Below, one piece after another: positions 23,805 to 37,588 of a stretch of 64,000 nucleotides of DNA. The position numbers and the translations under genes were made by a program. Positions within the stretch are counted from its first letter, which is position 1, and each line of letters opens with the position of its first letter. The notes below the pieces were generated by a model. The model was not told the DNA's origin and did not search any database. It saw only the letters and a list, made by a program, of their open reading frames with translations. Source of the stretch: the human T2T-CHM13v2.0 reference genome, Homo sapiens; the NCBI RefSeq assembly GCF_009914755.1, contig NC_060925.1. One strand, written 5' to 3'.

Positions 23805-26071
23805 TCTTTTTTAAGTTTTTTATTTTTTTCTTTTCTATAATTTCAACTTTTATTTTAGATTCAGGAGTCGATATGGTTTGGTTCCGTGTCCCCATCCAAA
23901 TCTCCTGTGGAATGATAATCCTCAATGTTGGAGGAGGGGCCTGGTGGGAGGAGATTGAATTATGGCAGCAGACTTTGCCCTTGCTGTTCTCATGATAGTG
24001 AGTGAGTTCTCACAAGATCTGGTTGTTTAAAAGTGTGTAGCACTTCCACCTTTGCTCTCTCTCCTGCTCTGCCATGTGAAGATGTGCCTGCTTCCTTTTT
24101 GCCTTCTGCCATAATCATAAGTTTCCAGAGGCCTTCCCAGACATGTTTCCTGTACAGCCTATGGAACTGTGAGTCATTGAAACCTGTTTTCTTTATAAAT
24201 TACCCAGTCTCAGGTAGTTCTTTATAGTAATGCAAGAACGGACTAATACAGGGGTATACAATTGTAGGTTTGTTACATGGGTGTATTGTGTGATGCTGAG
24301 GCTTGGAATACAAATGAGTCCATTACCCAGATAGTGACCATAGTAACCAACAGGCAGTTTTTCAACCCTTAACCCCCTCTGTCTCTTCTCACTCTGTTAC
24401 TCACCTGTGTCTATTGTTGCCATCTTTATGTCCATGAGTACCCAAGGTTCAGCTCCCATTTGTAAGTGAGAACATGTGGTATGTAGTTTTCTGTTCTCAC
24501 ATTAATTTGCTTAGGATAGCAGCCTCCAGCTCCATCCATATTACTGCAAAGAATGTGATTTCATTCTTTTTTATGGCTATGTAGCATTCCATGGTGTATA
24601 TGTACCACATTTTCTTTATCCAGTCCACTGTCGATGGGCACCTAGTTTGATTCCATGACTTTGCTATTGTGAATAGCACAGCAATGAACATACAAACGGA
24701 TGTGTCTTTTTGGTAGAATAATCTATTTTCTTTTATATATATACTCAGTAATGGGATTGCTGGGTGAAATGGTAGCTCCATTTTAAGTTCTTTGAGAAAT
24801 CTCCAAATTGCTTTCCACGATGGCTGAACTAATTTACATTCCCATCAACTGTGTATAAATGTTCTGTTTTCTCCACAGCCTTGCCAGCAACTGCTGTTTT
24901 TTGACTTTTTAAATAATAGCCATTTTAACTGGTGAGAGAGGGTATCTCATTGCGGTTTTGATTTACATTTCTGTGGTGATTAGTGATGTTGAACATTTTT
25001 TCATGTTTTTTGGCCACTCCTATGTCTTCTTTTGAGAAGTGTCTGTTCATATCTTTTGCCCACTTTTCAATGTGATTATTTGGTTTTTGCTTGTTATGTT
25101 GTTTAAGTTCCTTTTAGATTCAGGATATTAGACCTTAGTCAGATGATTTACAGATATCTTCTCCCATTGAGTAAGTTGTCTGTTTGCTCTGTTGATAGTT
25201 CCTTTTGCTATGAAGAGGCTCTTTAGTTTAACTAGGTCCCACTTGTCAATTTTTAGTTTTGTTGCTATTCTTGTTAAGAACTTGCTCATAAACTCTTTCC
25301 CAAGACCAATGTCCAGAATGGTGTTTCCTATGTTTTTTTCTAGGATTCTTATATTTGAGACATTATATTTAAATCTTTAATCCATCTTGAGTTAATTTTT
25401 GCAGGTGGTGAAAGATAGAGGTCCAGTTTCATTCTTCTGCACGTGGCTAGCCAGCTATCCCAGCAGCATTTATTTAATAGACAGCTCCTTACATGTTCGT
25501 CATTTTTGTTGACATTGTCAACAATTAGATGGCTGTAGGTGTACAGCTTTATTTCTGGGTTCTCTATACTGTTCCGTTGGTCTACGTGTCTGTTTTTGTA
25601 TCAGTATCATGCTGTTTTGGTTACTGTAGCATTATAATATAGCTTAAAGGCAGGTAATGTGATGCCTCCAGCTTTGTTCTTTTTGTTTAGGATTGCTTTA
25701 TCTATTTGAGCTCTCTTTTGGTTTTATATGAATTTTAGAATAGGTTTTTCTAATTCCGTGAGAAACTGCGTTCATAGTTTGAAAGGAATAGTGTTGAATC
25801 TGTAGATTGTTTTGGGCAGTATGGCAATTTAACAATGTACAAAATCAGTAGCATTTGTATACATCAATAAGGTTCAAGCTGAGAGTCAAATCAAAAATGG
25901 AATCCCATTTACAATAGCCACCGAAAAAAAAATAACTAGGAATACATATAATCAAGGAGGCGAAAGGGAGAATATACAACATCTCTACAGGGAGAACTAT
26001 AAAGCACTTCTGAAAGAAATCATAGATAACACAAACAAATGAAAAATTCCATGTCTGTGGATTGGAAGAAT
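23805..26071 (-). mobile_element. L1PB/L1MA-like 5'-truncated L1 with twin-priming inversion (~25835-26071 on +)
   Basis: TSD cagctcacttt at 23794-23804 and 26072-26082; poly-T tail; ORF2 C-terminal remnant (ELPFHPAIPLL...WIKKMWYIYTMEC). Confidence 0.85.
23869..24250 (+). mobile_element. MSTA-type MaLR LTR nested in the L1 3' UTR
   Basis: 'gatatggtttggttccgtgtccccatccaaatctc...ataaattacccagtctcaggtagttctttatag...ggactaataca'; TSD ggagt/ggggt; contains TGAGTCA at 24170-24176. Confidence 0.85.
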
Positions 26072-26554
26072 CAGCTCACTTTCTAACCAAGTGTGGTTTA
26101 AGGCTCTTGGAAAGCTGTTTTGCTTCATTTCTTTTTGTTTTGTTTTAAGATCTAGCTTTTGATTACTTTGGGAATATGATTCCTCAAAAATTTAGTAGAT
26201 TTCTAATCTATTTTCTTCTAGCCAGTTCTATATGCTAGTAACTATACCCACATTTCTTCATTTCCTTCGCAGATGAAATTCTTGTGCTTATTTATTCCTT
26301 CTTTTTTCCATGTCTGTCTTCCTCAACTGTGGCTTCTTTGACACTCTTTGGAAAAATAAACGTAGGTGGGATGACATTAAAACTTAATCTAATCTTAAGT
26401 GCAAACCTGAGTTTTAATGAACTTTTGTCTCTCAAAATTATTCTCGATTTTATCTCTTTCTATTTAAAAGTAATTGAGTTTCCCAACTCTGCAGATTTTT
26501 GGTTTCCCTCTATTCTCTTGCATTTATGTTTACAAAAGAGCCCATTTTCTTTGT

Positions 26555-28110
26555 TTTTAAAATATCTTTATTGACACAGAATTTACATACCATAAAATTC
26601 ACCCTTTTGACGTGTACACTCAATAGTCCTTAGGAGGTTCACAGTTATACAATTATCACCACTAATTTCAGAATCTTTTAATCACTCCTCCAAATAACTC
26701 CATACTGACAAGTTGTTAATCCTCATTCCCCTGCCCCTAGACCCTTAGAAATCACTAGTCTACTTTCTGGTTCCATAAATTTGCCTATTCTGGACATTTC
26801 ATATAAATAATATTATACAATATGTGGTCCTTTGTATCTGGCTTCTTTAACTTAGCATAATATTTTAAATACTGATTTTTGTTGTAGCGTGTATTAGTAT
26901 TTCATTCCTTTTAATTGCCATATTTATGTCCATGAGTACCCAATGTTTAGCTTCCATTCATAAGTGAGAACATGTAGTATTTGGTTTTATGTTCTCATAT
27001 TAATTTGTTTAGGATAATGGCCTCCAGCTTCATTCATGTTGCTGCAAAGGACATGATTTCTTTCTTTTTCATGGCTATGTAGCTTTCCATGATGTATATG
27101 TAATTGTATGTATTCAATTGTAACTTTTTAATTTACTTGTAACTTTGTACCCATTTAATTATTATTTAATCATAATTAAATTGTATTACTTGTATTGTAT
27201 TATTATAATAATACAATTAATTGTATTATTTAATTATAAATAAAAATTATAATTCATTATATTTATTTAATTGTAACTTTATACCCGTTTAATTGTAACT
27301 TTATACCCGTTTAATTGTAACTTTGTACCCACTAACTAACCTCTCCCCATCCTTCCCTCCCTCCCCTACACACTCCCCAATCCCTGATAACCACTGTTCT
27401 ACCCTCCACCTTCATGAAAGCAACTTTTTTAGCTCCAACATATGAAGGAGAACATACAATATTTGCCTTTCTGTGTCTTACTTATTTCATTTAACATAAT
27501 GTTCTGTAGGTTCATCCATGTTGTCACAAATAAGATTTTATTCTTTTCATTGCTGAATAGTGTTCTACTGTGTATATAAACCATATTTTCCTTATCCATT
27601 CATCTGTTACTGAACACTTAGGTGGATTCCATTTCTTGGCTATTGTGCAAAGTGCTGTGATAAACAGGGGAGTGCAAATATCTTTTTGATATACTAATTT
27701 CGTCTCTTTTGGGTATACACCCTGTAGTGGGTTTGCAAGATCATATATTACTTCTATTTCTAACTTTTGAGGAAACTTCATACTGGTTTCCGCAATGGCT
27801 GTACACGTGGTATTAGGTTTTCTGTTTCTGATTTTGTTGGCTTAGCATAATGGCCTCCAGTTTGATCCACTTTGCTACAAAAGACATGATCTAATTTTTT
27901 TATAGCTGTATAGAATTCATGGCGTATATTTATCACATTTTTAAAATCCACTCTACTATTGATGGGCTTTTGGGTTGATTCTATGCCTTTGCTATAGTGA
28001 ACACAGCTGCGATAAATATACACATGCATGTGTCTTTAAGGTAGAAGGATTTATATTCCTTTGGGTATATACCCAATAGTGAGACTGCTGGGTCAAATAG
28101 TAGTTCTGTT
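26555..28110 (-). mobile_element. Stack of old L1 3'-end fragments with an AT-rich junction
   Basis: Several L1 3' UTR / ORF2 C-terminal pieces (YDLANPLQGVYPKE...ICTPLFITAL). Confidence 0.75.
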
Positions 28111-28510
28111 TTAATGATGATGTACTGCTGCTAATAGACTACTATCAAATGAGTAGTAATGATATGTCAGAAATTGTGTCAACTGAATTCCTGATATTAA
28201 TTCCATTTTATGCCTAAGATAAGTTAGTGATATAAATATTATTTTCCACATTTTGAAATGAAGAGATTAAAATTCTGATTGATTTGTTCTTCAAATCAAT
28301 CAAACACTAATTAAGGAAAATAAAAGGGGTTTAAAATGATTAAAAATAATCATTGATATGGCCCAAAATTCAGATAACAATAATTGTGAAATCCTGGTCC
28401 TGGGGATCAGAGAAAGGTAGAACAAAATCCAAATAACCATATAATATTACTAATAAAGCAGATTCTAAAAGAAACAAAAGATCCATTCACAAATATATAT
28501 GCATAGATAC

Positions 28511-28516
28511 TTTATT
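28511..28516 (-). terminator. SPRR2D: SPRR2D poly(A) signal AATAAA
   Basis: TTTATT on +, identical context in all three SPRR2 copies. Confidence 0.8.
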
Positions 28517-28891
28517 CAGGGAGTGAACGATAAATGACAATTGCAAAGGTGGTAGAAGCTCATGACCAGGTGACAGACAGACACAGAACACATCAACAGA
28601 ATTGTCTGATGGTTCCCAGGGAGAGAGCTGCTGCTCTTTCTGCTGAAGCTCTGGGAGCTGGCACAGCTGAGGACTTCCTTTTCTTAGCTCCACCTGGACA
28701 GTGGCAGTATGGCAGCCTCAGAAAGGGAATCTTTTGCTGTCACAGATCATCACAGGCAGGCCACAGGTTAAGGAGAAAGAAGCTCCCTGTGCATCCATGG
28801 AAGGCTTTGGTGAGAAGATGCAAGTGGAGCTGTGGAACGAGGTGAGCCAATTATCCTTATCCTCTCATGCTCCTGATGAATCCTGAAGCTG

Positions 28892-29110
28892 TTACTTGCT
28901 CTTGGGTGGACACTTTGGCTGGCAGGGTGGGGAAGGTGTCACAGGAGGATATTTCTGCTGGCACTGCTGAGGTGGGCAGGGCTGTGGACACTTTGGTGAT
29001 GGGCAGGGCTCAGGGCACTTCGGGGGTGGACATGGCTCTGGGCACTTTGGCGTGGGGCACACAGGAGGTGGCTGGCAGGGCTGCTTGCACTGCTGCTGTT
29101 GATAAGACAT
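28892..29110 (-). CDS. SPRR2D: Small proline-rich protein 2D, 72 aa
   Basis: [41 protein letters not shown]...[12 protein letters not shown]; CPSPK and QPKC variants plus position next to SPRR1B; exon 2 starts at 29129. Confidence 0.92.
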   Translation of the reverse strand: MSYQQQQCKQPCQPPPVCPTPKCPEPCPPPKCPEPCPSPKCPQPCPPQQCQQKYPPVTPSPPCQPKCPPKSK

Positions 29111-29841
29111 CCTGCTGGAGTCTCAGGATCTGAAAGAAATGATACAACAGTGTTTGTGGGAAGGGACTCCTCCAGAGAGAGAAGCTAATGCTTATGTAAT
29201 ACCATGAAATATTATTTCCCCATCTCCAAGAAATTATTTAAACTCTTAACTGCCTTTTCAAGACTACTTCGTTTCTCCCTTCCACTTTAGCAAATTGCTT
29301 CATTGGCCCTGGGAAATCTTGTGTTTTCTCATACAATTTTTCCAAAGAAAATATCTCTGTAGTAATGAACCAAGCATGTTATTTCTGTGAAAATAACATC
29401 TTTAGGAAAGGCAGTGACAAGTTCAGATACCATGAGCAATCTCACAAGCCATTTCTCTTATCATTATCTGTAGTAAAGTCCCAGTGGGTTGACTTGAGCA
29501 CAGAACAAAGGGCTGTTTGGGAAGGATTGCAGGCTCTTGGCACCTGTTAAGACACAAACCTTTGAAAAAGACACCAGGAAAACATGGGGAAAAAATACTT
29601 TGTTCTTTTTTCTTCTTCAATTCAAAGCTTTCCTATTAACTTCTCTGTCCGTATGGACACCTAACTGTATACAAGAAACAAGCTAAAATAGCATATCACT
29701 GTACTCTAAATCTAAATTTCCATCTACTAAGTAGAATCAAACCCATGGTTACAGAATTGTATCAACCAAACTTGCTGTTTTCAGATTAAATTCAATATTT
29801 CAGGTCACAAAGAACTGAGGAACTCAAGGACTCACACTCAC

Positions 29842-29882
29842 CAGGTTCTCCAAAGCAGATCGGTGCTAGAGTACCAGGAGTT
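29842..29882 (-). other. SPRR2D: SPRR2D non-coding exon 1 (TSS approximate)
   Basis: Donor CTG|GTGAGT at 29841; TATAAA at 29908-29913. Confidence 0.8.
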
Positions 29883-30220
29883 TAAGAGTTGTGCAGCAGG
29901 GAACCTCTTTATAGGACCTTCTGCCCCACCCAGTGGGAAGTGGAACTGCCTAAAACTGGGCTGGTCCAGCAATGTCCAAAGTAAAATGCAAATGTATCCA
30001 TATCTGGCATGAGAGGCATTCTCAAACTATGAAATATCCTGTTCTGGGATCTCCCCACTGGGTTAAGTGCTCATGAGTCACAGAGAACCTGCCTTAGATC
30101 TCAGTTTCAGTGACTTTCGTCAGAGAGATAATTGGAGGGATTCTCTAACCGGTTGTCAAGGGCTCTCTTTCTTGATTGGGAACAATGATCCCTTCCTATC
30201 TTACCTCCCCTGAGTCATAA
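29883..30220 (-). promoter_or_regulatory. SPRR2D: SPRR2D promoter
   Basis: TATA 29908-29913, CACCC box, Ets GGAA 29936-29939, octamer ATGCAAAT 29986-29993, AP-1 TGAGTCA 30074-30080 and 30211-30217, AACCGGTT 30147-30154. Confidence 0.75.
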
Positions 30221-32007
30221 AACTTCCTGTCCTGATCCACTCTAGCTGAATGCCATATTGTTGTACATGAACCCAACTCTACCTCTACTTTCCTCATACA
30301 GTTGGCCAATGTGCTAGAAGGAAGGAGAGACTTAACAAAGGCCTGAGCTAAGCTTTTTCTTTGCTAAGTACCATGACAACAGGCATGTCACCTCTCCTCC
30401 CTGGGATTATAAACAGGGGACAATAATACTTACCTCTGGGTTTGCAGGCTGACCACATTGTGCTATCTGCTGACCCTGTTCAAGACTGAAATTTTCTTTG
30501 CCACCTTTTTCTCAGATAAAACCTCAGATTTTTACCTATATTCCTTTCCTCTTTGAAGCTGTCTTCTGCACCACATTTGTAGCTTCTGCACCACATTCGT
30601 AGAGGCACTTGCATCCCAGGACAGATTTGAGAGTGAGATCTAGTCTCCACAGCACGTTTGCTACTTGGTGCCATCAAGGATGTGTACTACAGCCTTTTTA
30701 TTTATAAAAAGTAATGGAGAGAAGGAAACTAAAGTTACAAGTATTGACTCAAAATCTATGTATGGAACCATGCATATATGGTTCCCTGTGAACATCCTAT
30801 AGAGAACAAGCTGCATAGACATTATCATATGTAAATAATTAGAAGTAGGTGTGCAGAGTGAGGAAGGTAAGAGCACTTAAAGTTTAACTCAAGGGGAAAA
30901 TACAAACAAAGGGTAATCCAATATGTATTCTTCCTCTCTATTTCCAAACAGGTTTTAGATGTTTCTCAGTGTTTTTTAATTTGTTTGCATGTTCTTCTTT
31001 TGTCTTTTCCATAAACCTTCTAGTCCCAAAAACTGCTAGATTATCAACTCATACCCAATGTATACCTGTCATCTGTCCATTTTGGTACATATTGTTCACT
31101 TAACACATATGTTGTCAATGCATTTAGTGATTGTCCTTTCACAACTTTTTTAAATGCTTCCTACAATCAGTGAGCCTTTCTAAGTACTGTATATTAAACA
31201 TTTAAAGTGATGTTGCTACTGCTTCCTTATCTGGACCATTAATCGGGAAGCTTCCCAAGAACATGGTTTTATAAGTGAATAAGAAGAAAGGAGAATGAGG
31301 AAGAGGAAAGACTCAAAATCACTGGAGCAGTCACCAACTGTGCTCCCGGAAGGGCAGAGTGTTGAATCAAGCCAGCATCACATCCCTCAGTTAAGTAGGT
31401 TAGGTTCCCAGAACAGCTGTTGCTCCTGTCAGTAAGGAAGAGCTTTTAGCCAAGATCACCACTGGCCAGGACACTACAGAAATAGAGCCATCATGTCAGC
31501 ACCCTGAGGCCAGGTGATTACAAATGGTGTTCTCACCAAATGCTTCCTATAGACTATTACACATGCCACGCACTTCACCAGCCAAAGTAAAAGTCCTTTA
31601 CTCAATAAATCACCCACTACTCCCCAAGAGCCTCACATCACATCTAAAACATAAATCCATAGAGAAATGTCTGATTTCTGCCACGCAAAATTGAAGAATT
31701 CGCTGCCAAATGAGATCACTGTGTGAGATAACACAGTTTGGGTCACAACCTGAGACTCCCCTTCTTAGGACACCCCACTCAAACAGGCTGCTTATCACAG
31801 CAGTGCAGGCACCAGAGTGGCAGCAGACCTAGTGCCCCCAGCATCTCAGACAGGCTGACTTTACAAGTTGACGTGGAGAACTGGAAACTCAGAGTTCCTC
31901 ACAGACCAGCTACATGAGGAATGGCCATAACATGAAGAGGGACAGCTAATAGTCACAGTTTCCCCAAGTTAGGACATCCAGGCCCTGAGACATAGAGCGA
32001 GGCATAC

Positions 32008-32009
<2 letters not shown>

Positions 32010-32049
<40 letters not shown>
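32010..32049. repeat. (CA)20 microsatellite
   Basis: Direct; paralogous tracts at ~48496-48526 (interrupted) and 62457-62480 ((CA)12). Confidence 0.95.
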
Positions 32050-32052
<3 letters not shown>

Positions 32053-35000
32053 CTCATGGGTCTTTATCATCTATCTTCATGTCTAAAGAGCTTAGCTTTA
32101 TGTTCTTTAAGAGTCTGATAGCCTTAGGCTCATTCCTAATACTTCTACTTCCTGATTTTCTAGTAGATCATTAAGTATGAATTACTAGTACATAAAAATG
32201 ACAGGAAAGAACAAAAAATTTATTTGGTCTAATATTTGATGCAACATTTTATCTCATATTTTACTATGATACATTCCACTAAACCAAATAGTGCTAGCAA
32301 ATGAAGATTTAAAATTAAATATGTAAACAAATAAAGAAACAAGAATCATGGCAAAATATTCTTCTTATGCTCAGAGAAATGGTAACTGTAAGCCCCCATG
32401 CATATCTGCCTTCTGCTTTTATTTCTGAATGGAAGGCTTAGTCTCCATTGTCTTTCCATAATTCAATGTATCAGATAAAGATATAGTAGAATTGTGAAGA
32501 TAATTAAGAAGGATGTTTTGAAAGATTACTTAATATTATTTAAAACATTAAATTTTACTAAAAACTTATGTAAAGGATGATAACATTTTCATTAACATGT
32601 ATTTGTTAAAAGTTAGGAAATATGTAAAACAACATATTAAATGTGATTATATTTGGCTGGTATAATTACAGATGATGTTTATTTTCTTGTTTTACTTTTC
32701 AAAATATTCTCCGAATGTTACCTATTATTGAGTGAGGAATCCTAAAATTCTAATTTGAAAAGCTGACAAGAGACAACCCTGTCCATTGTCCAATTAGTGA
32801 GAAAACGGTCTTCCTTCTTTCCAGCATTTTTGGCCAGACACTAAAGGTGGGGCTGGATGTAAGTAGCAGTTGTTTTATTGTGACAGCTCTACATCTGATC
32901 ACATCACTACTAAAATCTGTCTTGAAGAAAACCCCAATAATAATCCCCATCCTCATAGCATTCACACACACACACAGAAGCCACAGACACTCCATAGCCA
33001 TATGTATCTATGAAACAGCTCACCAAAATTAGGAGATCATACTAGGTTAAAAAAATCGGAATGAGTTTGTCTACTATCCAGGAGCCACGTGGATAGAAAG
33101 CATAAATTGGCCATAATATGATGAAATTGGAAGAAATGGGCGATCAGTAGGACAGGTAGTAACTATAATAGAACATAGTGATAATAATAGTACCTACCAC
33201 TAATTGTCATGAGAAAACAACTAAAGCAGAGACTGCATTTAAAGTACTTAGCACAGGCTACAGATAGTGCTCAAAATGCTAAAGTAACACATTGTTAACG
33301 AAAGAGATAGAGACAAGATATCGAGTTCGAGTTGTTTATGGTTGAGAAAGTTATTTGCTTCACCTTTAAGATCTTTTATATTATCTTATTGAAGTGTGTG
33401 CCAGAAGTTTTTAGGACAAAACAAATGCAAATATATGATTTAAATGAAGTGTGCAGAAACAATAAGATGGGATGATTTTGACACTTATCCTATGTGATGA
33501 AAATGAGAGTTAACCTAAGCAGAAATTTACAGCAAAGGACAGAAACCAGATGCTTTAATTGTTCCTTGATGTTTGGACTCTCTAAGACTTTCCTCTGAAT
33601 TCAGTTAATATAAGAAAATAAATCTAAATACAAAAAATAGCAATATGTGGATTTGTTCATGTGTAAAAACAAATAGCACTTATAAAGATTCAGCATTCTG
33701 TGTGAAAAAAATATACAATGTTACCTCCAATTTAGTTTGCTGTTACTGTAGTTAGCTGTTTAGGATAATAAAGAAATCACTCATTTAAATATCACATTCC
33801 TTCTGGTGGCAAATTACCTAAATTTTAGGCTAAATCATTATAAGAAACTGAATAGCTCATCAGTATTAACCTTCTCAAAGTGAATAGACCCTATATATTC
33901 TACTTTTATTTTCTCTATATGTTAGATCAGTATATTTAAGAGCATAATTTCAAGAGCTATTAGTAATATAAAGTAATCCCGTATGCTTAGTGTTAAAATG
34001 AGAATGAGAAGGATATGTGGTAAATAATGGAATGAATCAGACACCTCTTTTTGTAAGAATCTTTTCAAGACAGTGAATGTGCATAGGCCGTGGTTTCCCT
34101 CCAGAAAAGTTAAAAAGGAAAACGAAGAAACACGGACAAAATTGTGAAAACATTTGCAGAGAAAAAACTGTTTGAACTCTAACATATAAGACAAGAGACC
34201 TGAATTCTGCTGCAAGTGGGAGAAAGGCTAAATAAAATATAAACATTATGAGAAAAGTCGACACTAATTCACAATCTTAAAGAGATAAACATAATTTTGT
34301 TATATGAGTCAACAAAAGCACATTCAAAAATTGATCTAACAGATTTCAAAATATGTTGACAAAAAATAACCTGCATTCCAATGATTATAGCAGCTTTATT
34401 CATAATCTCCAAGATCTGTGATCTACCAAGATGCCCTTCAACAATTCAATTGATAAACTGTGGTGCATCACACCCAAGCAATGGAATACTATGCAGTGAT
34501 AACATGGAATGACCTATCAAGACTCACGAAGACATGGCTGAATTTAAAATGCAAGCTGATAAGTAAAAAATAGTCAGTCTCAAAGGCTATATACTGTATG
34601 GTTCCATGTATACAAATTCTGAAAAATGCAAAATTACACATCCAAAAAGCACAAAAAACTTCCAGTTAAATTAATTCAATGACACCCACACTGAGACACT
34701 TTATAATTAAACTATCAAAAGAGATAATATCAAAAGCAGCAAGAGGCAAGTAAATCATCATATCTAAGGGATTATTAATAAATAGTTGACCAAATTCTTA
34801 CCAAAAGCCTTTAGGATCAGGAGGCAGCAGGATGATATATTGAAAATAAAGAAAACCTAGAATTCTTTCAACCTAGAATTCTACAGCTGGCAAAATTATC
34901 CTTAAAAATGATGGCAAAATTATAACGTTTTTGGAAATCAAAACTTAAGGCAGTTCATTGCCCCTAGATTTTCTGTATGAGAAATGATAAAGAGAGCCTC

Positions 35001-35254
35001 TGAGGTTGAATAAAAATGCTGGAGAGAAATTTGAAACTGTATGAGAACACAAAAATCTCTGGTAAATGTACACAGATACATAAAAGCCAGCATTATTGTA
35101 ATTTTAGCTTGTAACTCCACGTTTTATTTTCTACAAGATTTAAAATGCAAATGTGTACAAAATAATTGCAAATCTGTGTTAGTGAACACACAATGTATAA
35201 AGATATAATTTGTGAACTCAACATAAAAAGAGGATAGGATTGTGTGAGTCAACT

Positions 35255-35477
35255 TTTCTTTTTTTTATTTTTTATTAATTTTTTCATTTTTTGAGACAGA
35301 GCCTCACTCCATCACCCAGGCTGAAATGCTGTGGCATGATCTTGGCTCACTGCAACCCCCGCTTCCTGGTTTCAAGCGATTCTCGTGCCTCGGAAATTAC
35401 AGGCAGACGCGTGCCACCACACCCAGCTAATTTTTGTATTTTTAGTAGAGACAGGGTTTCGGCATGTTGGCCAGCTG
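35255..35477 (-). mobile_element. Truncated AluS-like element, unit 1 only
   Basis: Poly-T plus gagacagagcctcactcc...; TSD core tgagtcaact on both sides; empty site at ~52080. Confidence 0.85.
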
Positions 35478-36500
35478 GGTATGAGTCAACTATTCTATGC
35501 TATTGCAGTTACATAGTGTTAATTCAAATTAAATTACTATAACTTTAGAATATTATACATAATCCCAATTGAAATCACATAATAATATTTTCAAGTACAC
35601 ACAAAAGAAAAAAGGCAATAAAATAGTTTTAGTAGAAAAAAATCATAAATCAGAAAGTGTTGAAAGACAAACAATATAGAGAAAAGAGTAAATGCAGAAA
35701 GAAGACCTCCCTTATCAGTAAGTACTTTAAATGTGATTGAATTAAACTCTCCCCAACCACACAAACTGGAGAATTGAATCAAAAAGAAAAAAAAAAGATT
35801 CAACTGTTTGCTGTTTAAAAGAGACTGACTTTAAAGCTAAAGACACAAAGGAGGTGAAAGTAATAGGAAAGAAAAAGATATTTCATGTAAATTGCCAAAA
35901 GAGACCAGACATGGCTACACTAACATTAGACATCATTAACTTTAAGTTGAGAACTGTTATAAAATACTACAAAGATAAAGAGATTTATTCACCAAGAAAT
36001 TATAGGAGTTATAAACATACACTTACTGAACATCAGAACTCCAAAATATAAAAAGATACAGTGAGAGAAATTAAAAGAAGAAATTAATAGGTCTAAAACA
36101 TGTTGAAAACTCGAATACTTCCCTCTCAAAAGTGGATAGAATGATAGAAGTTAAAAACAATAGAGGACTTAAATATATAAGCCAATTGGAACAAACAGAC
36201 AAATATAGAATACTCCAACCAAAAGGAACAGGATACCCCTTACAGTTTTCTCAAGAGAACATGGAAGAACACTCTCCAGGATAGACCACATATTAGTCTA
36301 GAAAACAAGTTAATATATTTTAAAAGACTGAAATCATACAAAGTACTTTTCCAATCACAATAAAATGAAATTAAAAACTTATAGCCCAATTAAAACTGGA
36401 AATTTCACAAATTTGTAGAAATTAAACAACAAACTCTTAAATGACCAACAGGTCAAAAAAGAAATCACAAAGAAAATTAGAAATTGCTTGGGACTACTGA

Positions 36501-36882
<382 letters not shown>

Positions 36883-37588
36883 CACATACATTTTTAATGA
36901 CAGAAAAATATCTCAGATCAATAACCTCATGTTACAGCTTAGGAAACTACAAAAATTAAAGTACACTAAACCCCAGAAAAGTAAATATAAGCCTAGAGTA
37001 GAGATACTAATAAAGTACAAGCAAACCATAGAGAAAAATCAATGAAATTAAGTTTTATTTCTTTGAAAAGGTCAATAAAATTGAAAAATCTTTAGACTAA
37101 CTACAGGGAAAAAGTACGATATAACATTCAAATAGCTAAAATCTAAAAGAAAGTGAGGACGTTACTACTGATTTTACAAAAATAAAAAAATTTTAAGCAG
37201 AAACTATGAACAATTCTGTCAGCTTATCAGATAACCAGTTGAACAAACTCTTAGATATACACTATCCACCAAACCAAATCATGAAGAAATAGAAAATTTG
37301 AAAAGATATATAATAAGTAAAAAAAATTGAATCATTAATCTAAAATCTCACAAGAAAGAAGTGTTGACCCAGAAGGATTTACTGGAGAAGTATATGCCAA
37401 TCCTTTTCAAAATCTTTCAAAAAAGAAAGCTGAAAATAGGGACTACTTCCTGTCTTGTTCCATGAGGCACACGAATACCCGGATACAAAAGCCAGACAAA
37501 GACACTACAAGAAATGAAAACTACAGAACAATATTCCTCATGAATATTGATGCAAAAAAGCCTCAAAAACATTTAGCATACCAGATCA

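Noticed and set aside
28534-29133. Plus-strand ORFs apparently conserved opposite all three SPRR2 genes (also 44921-45521 and 59025-59623)
   Set aside because: Similarity follows from paralogy and conversion; starts are inconsistent or non-ATG and lengths vary (103/117/78 aa)
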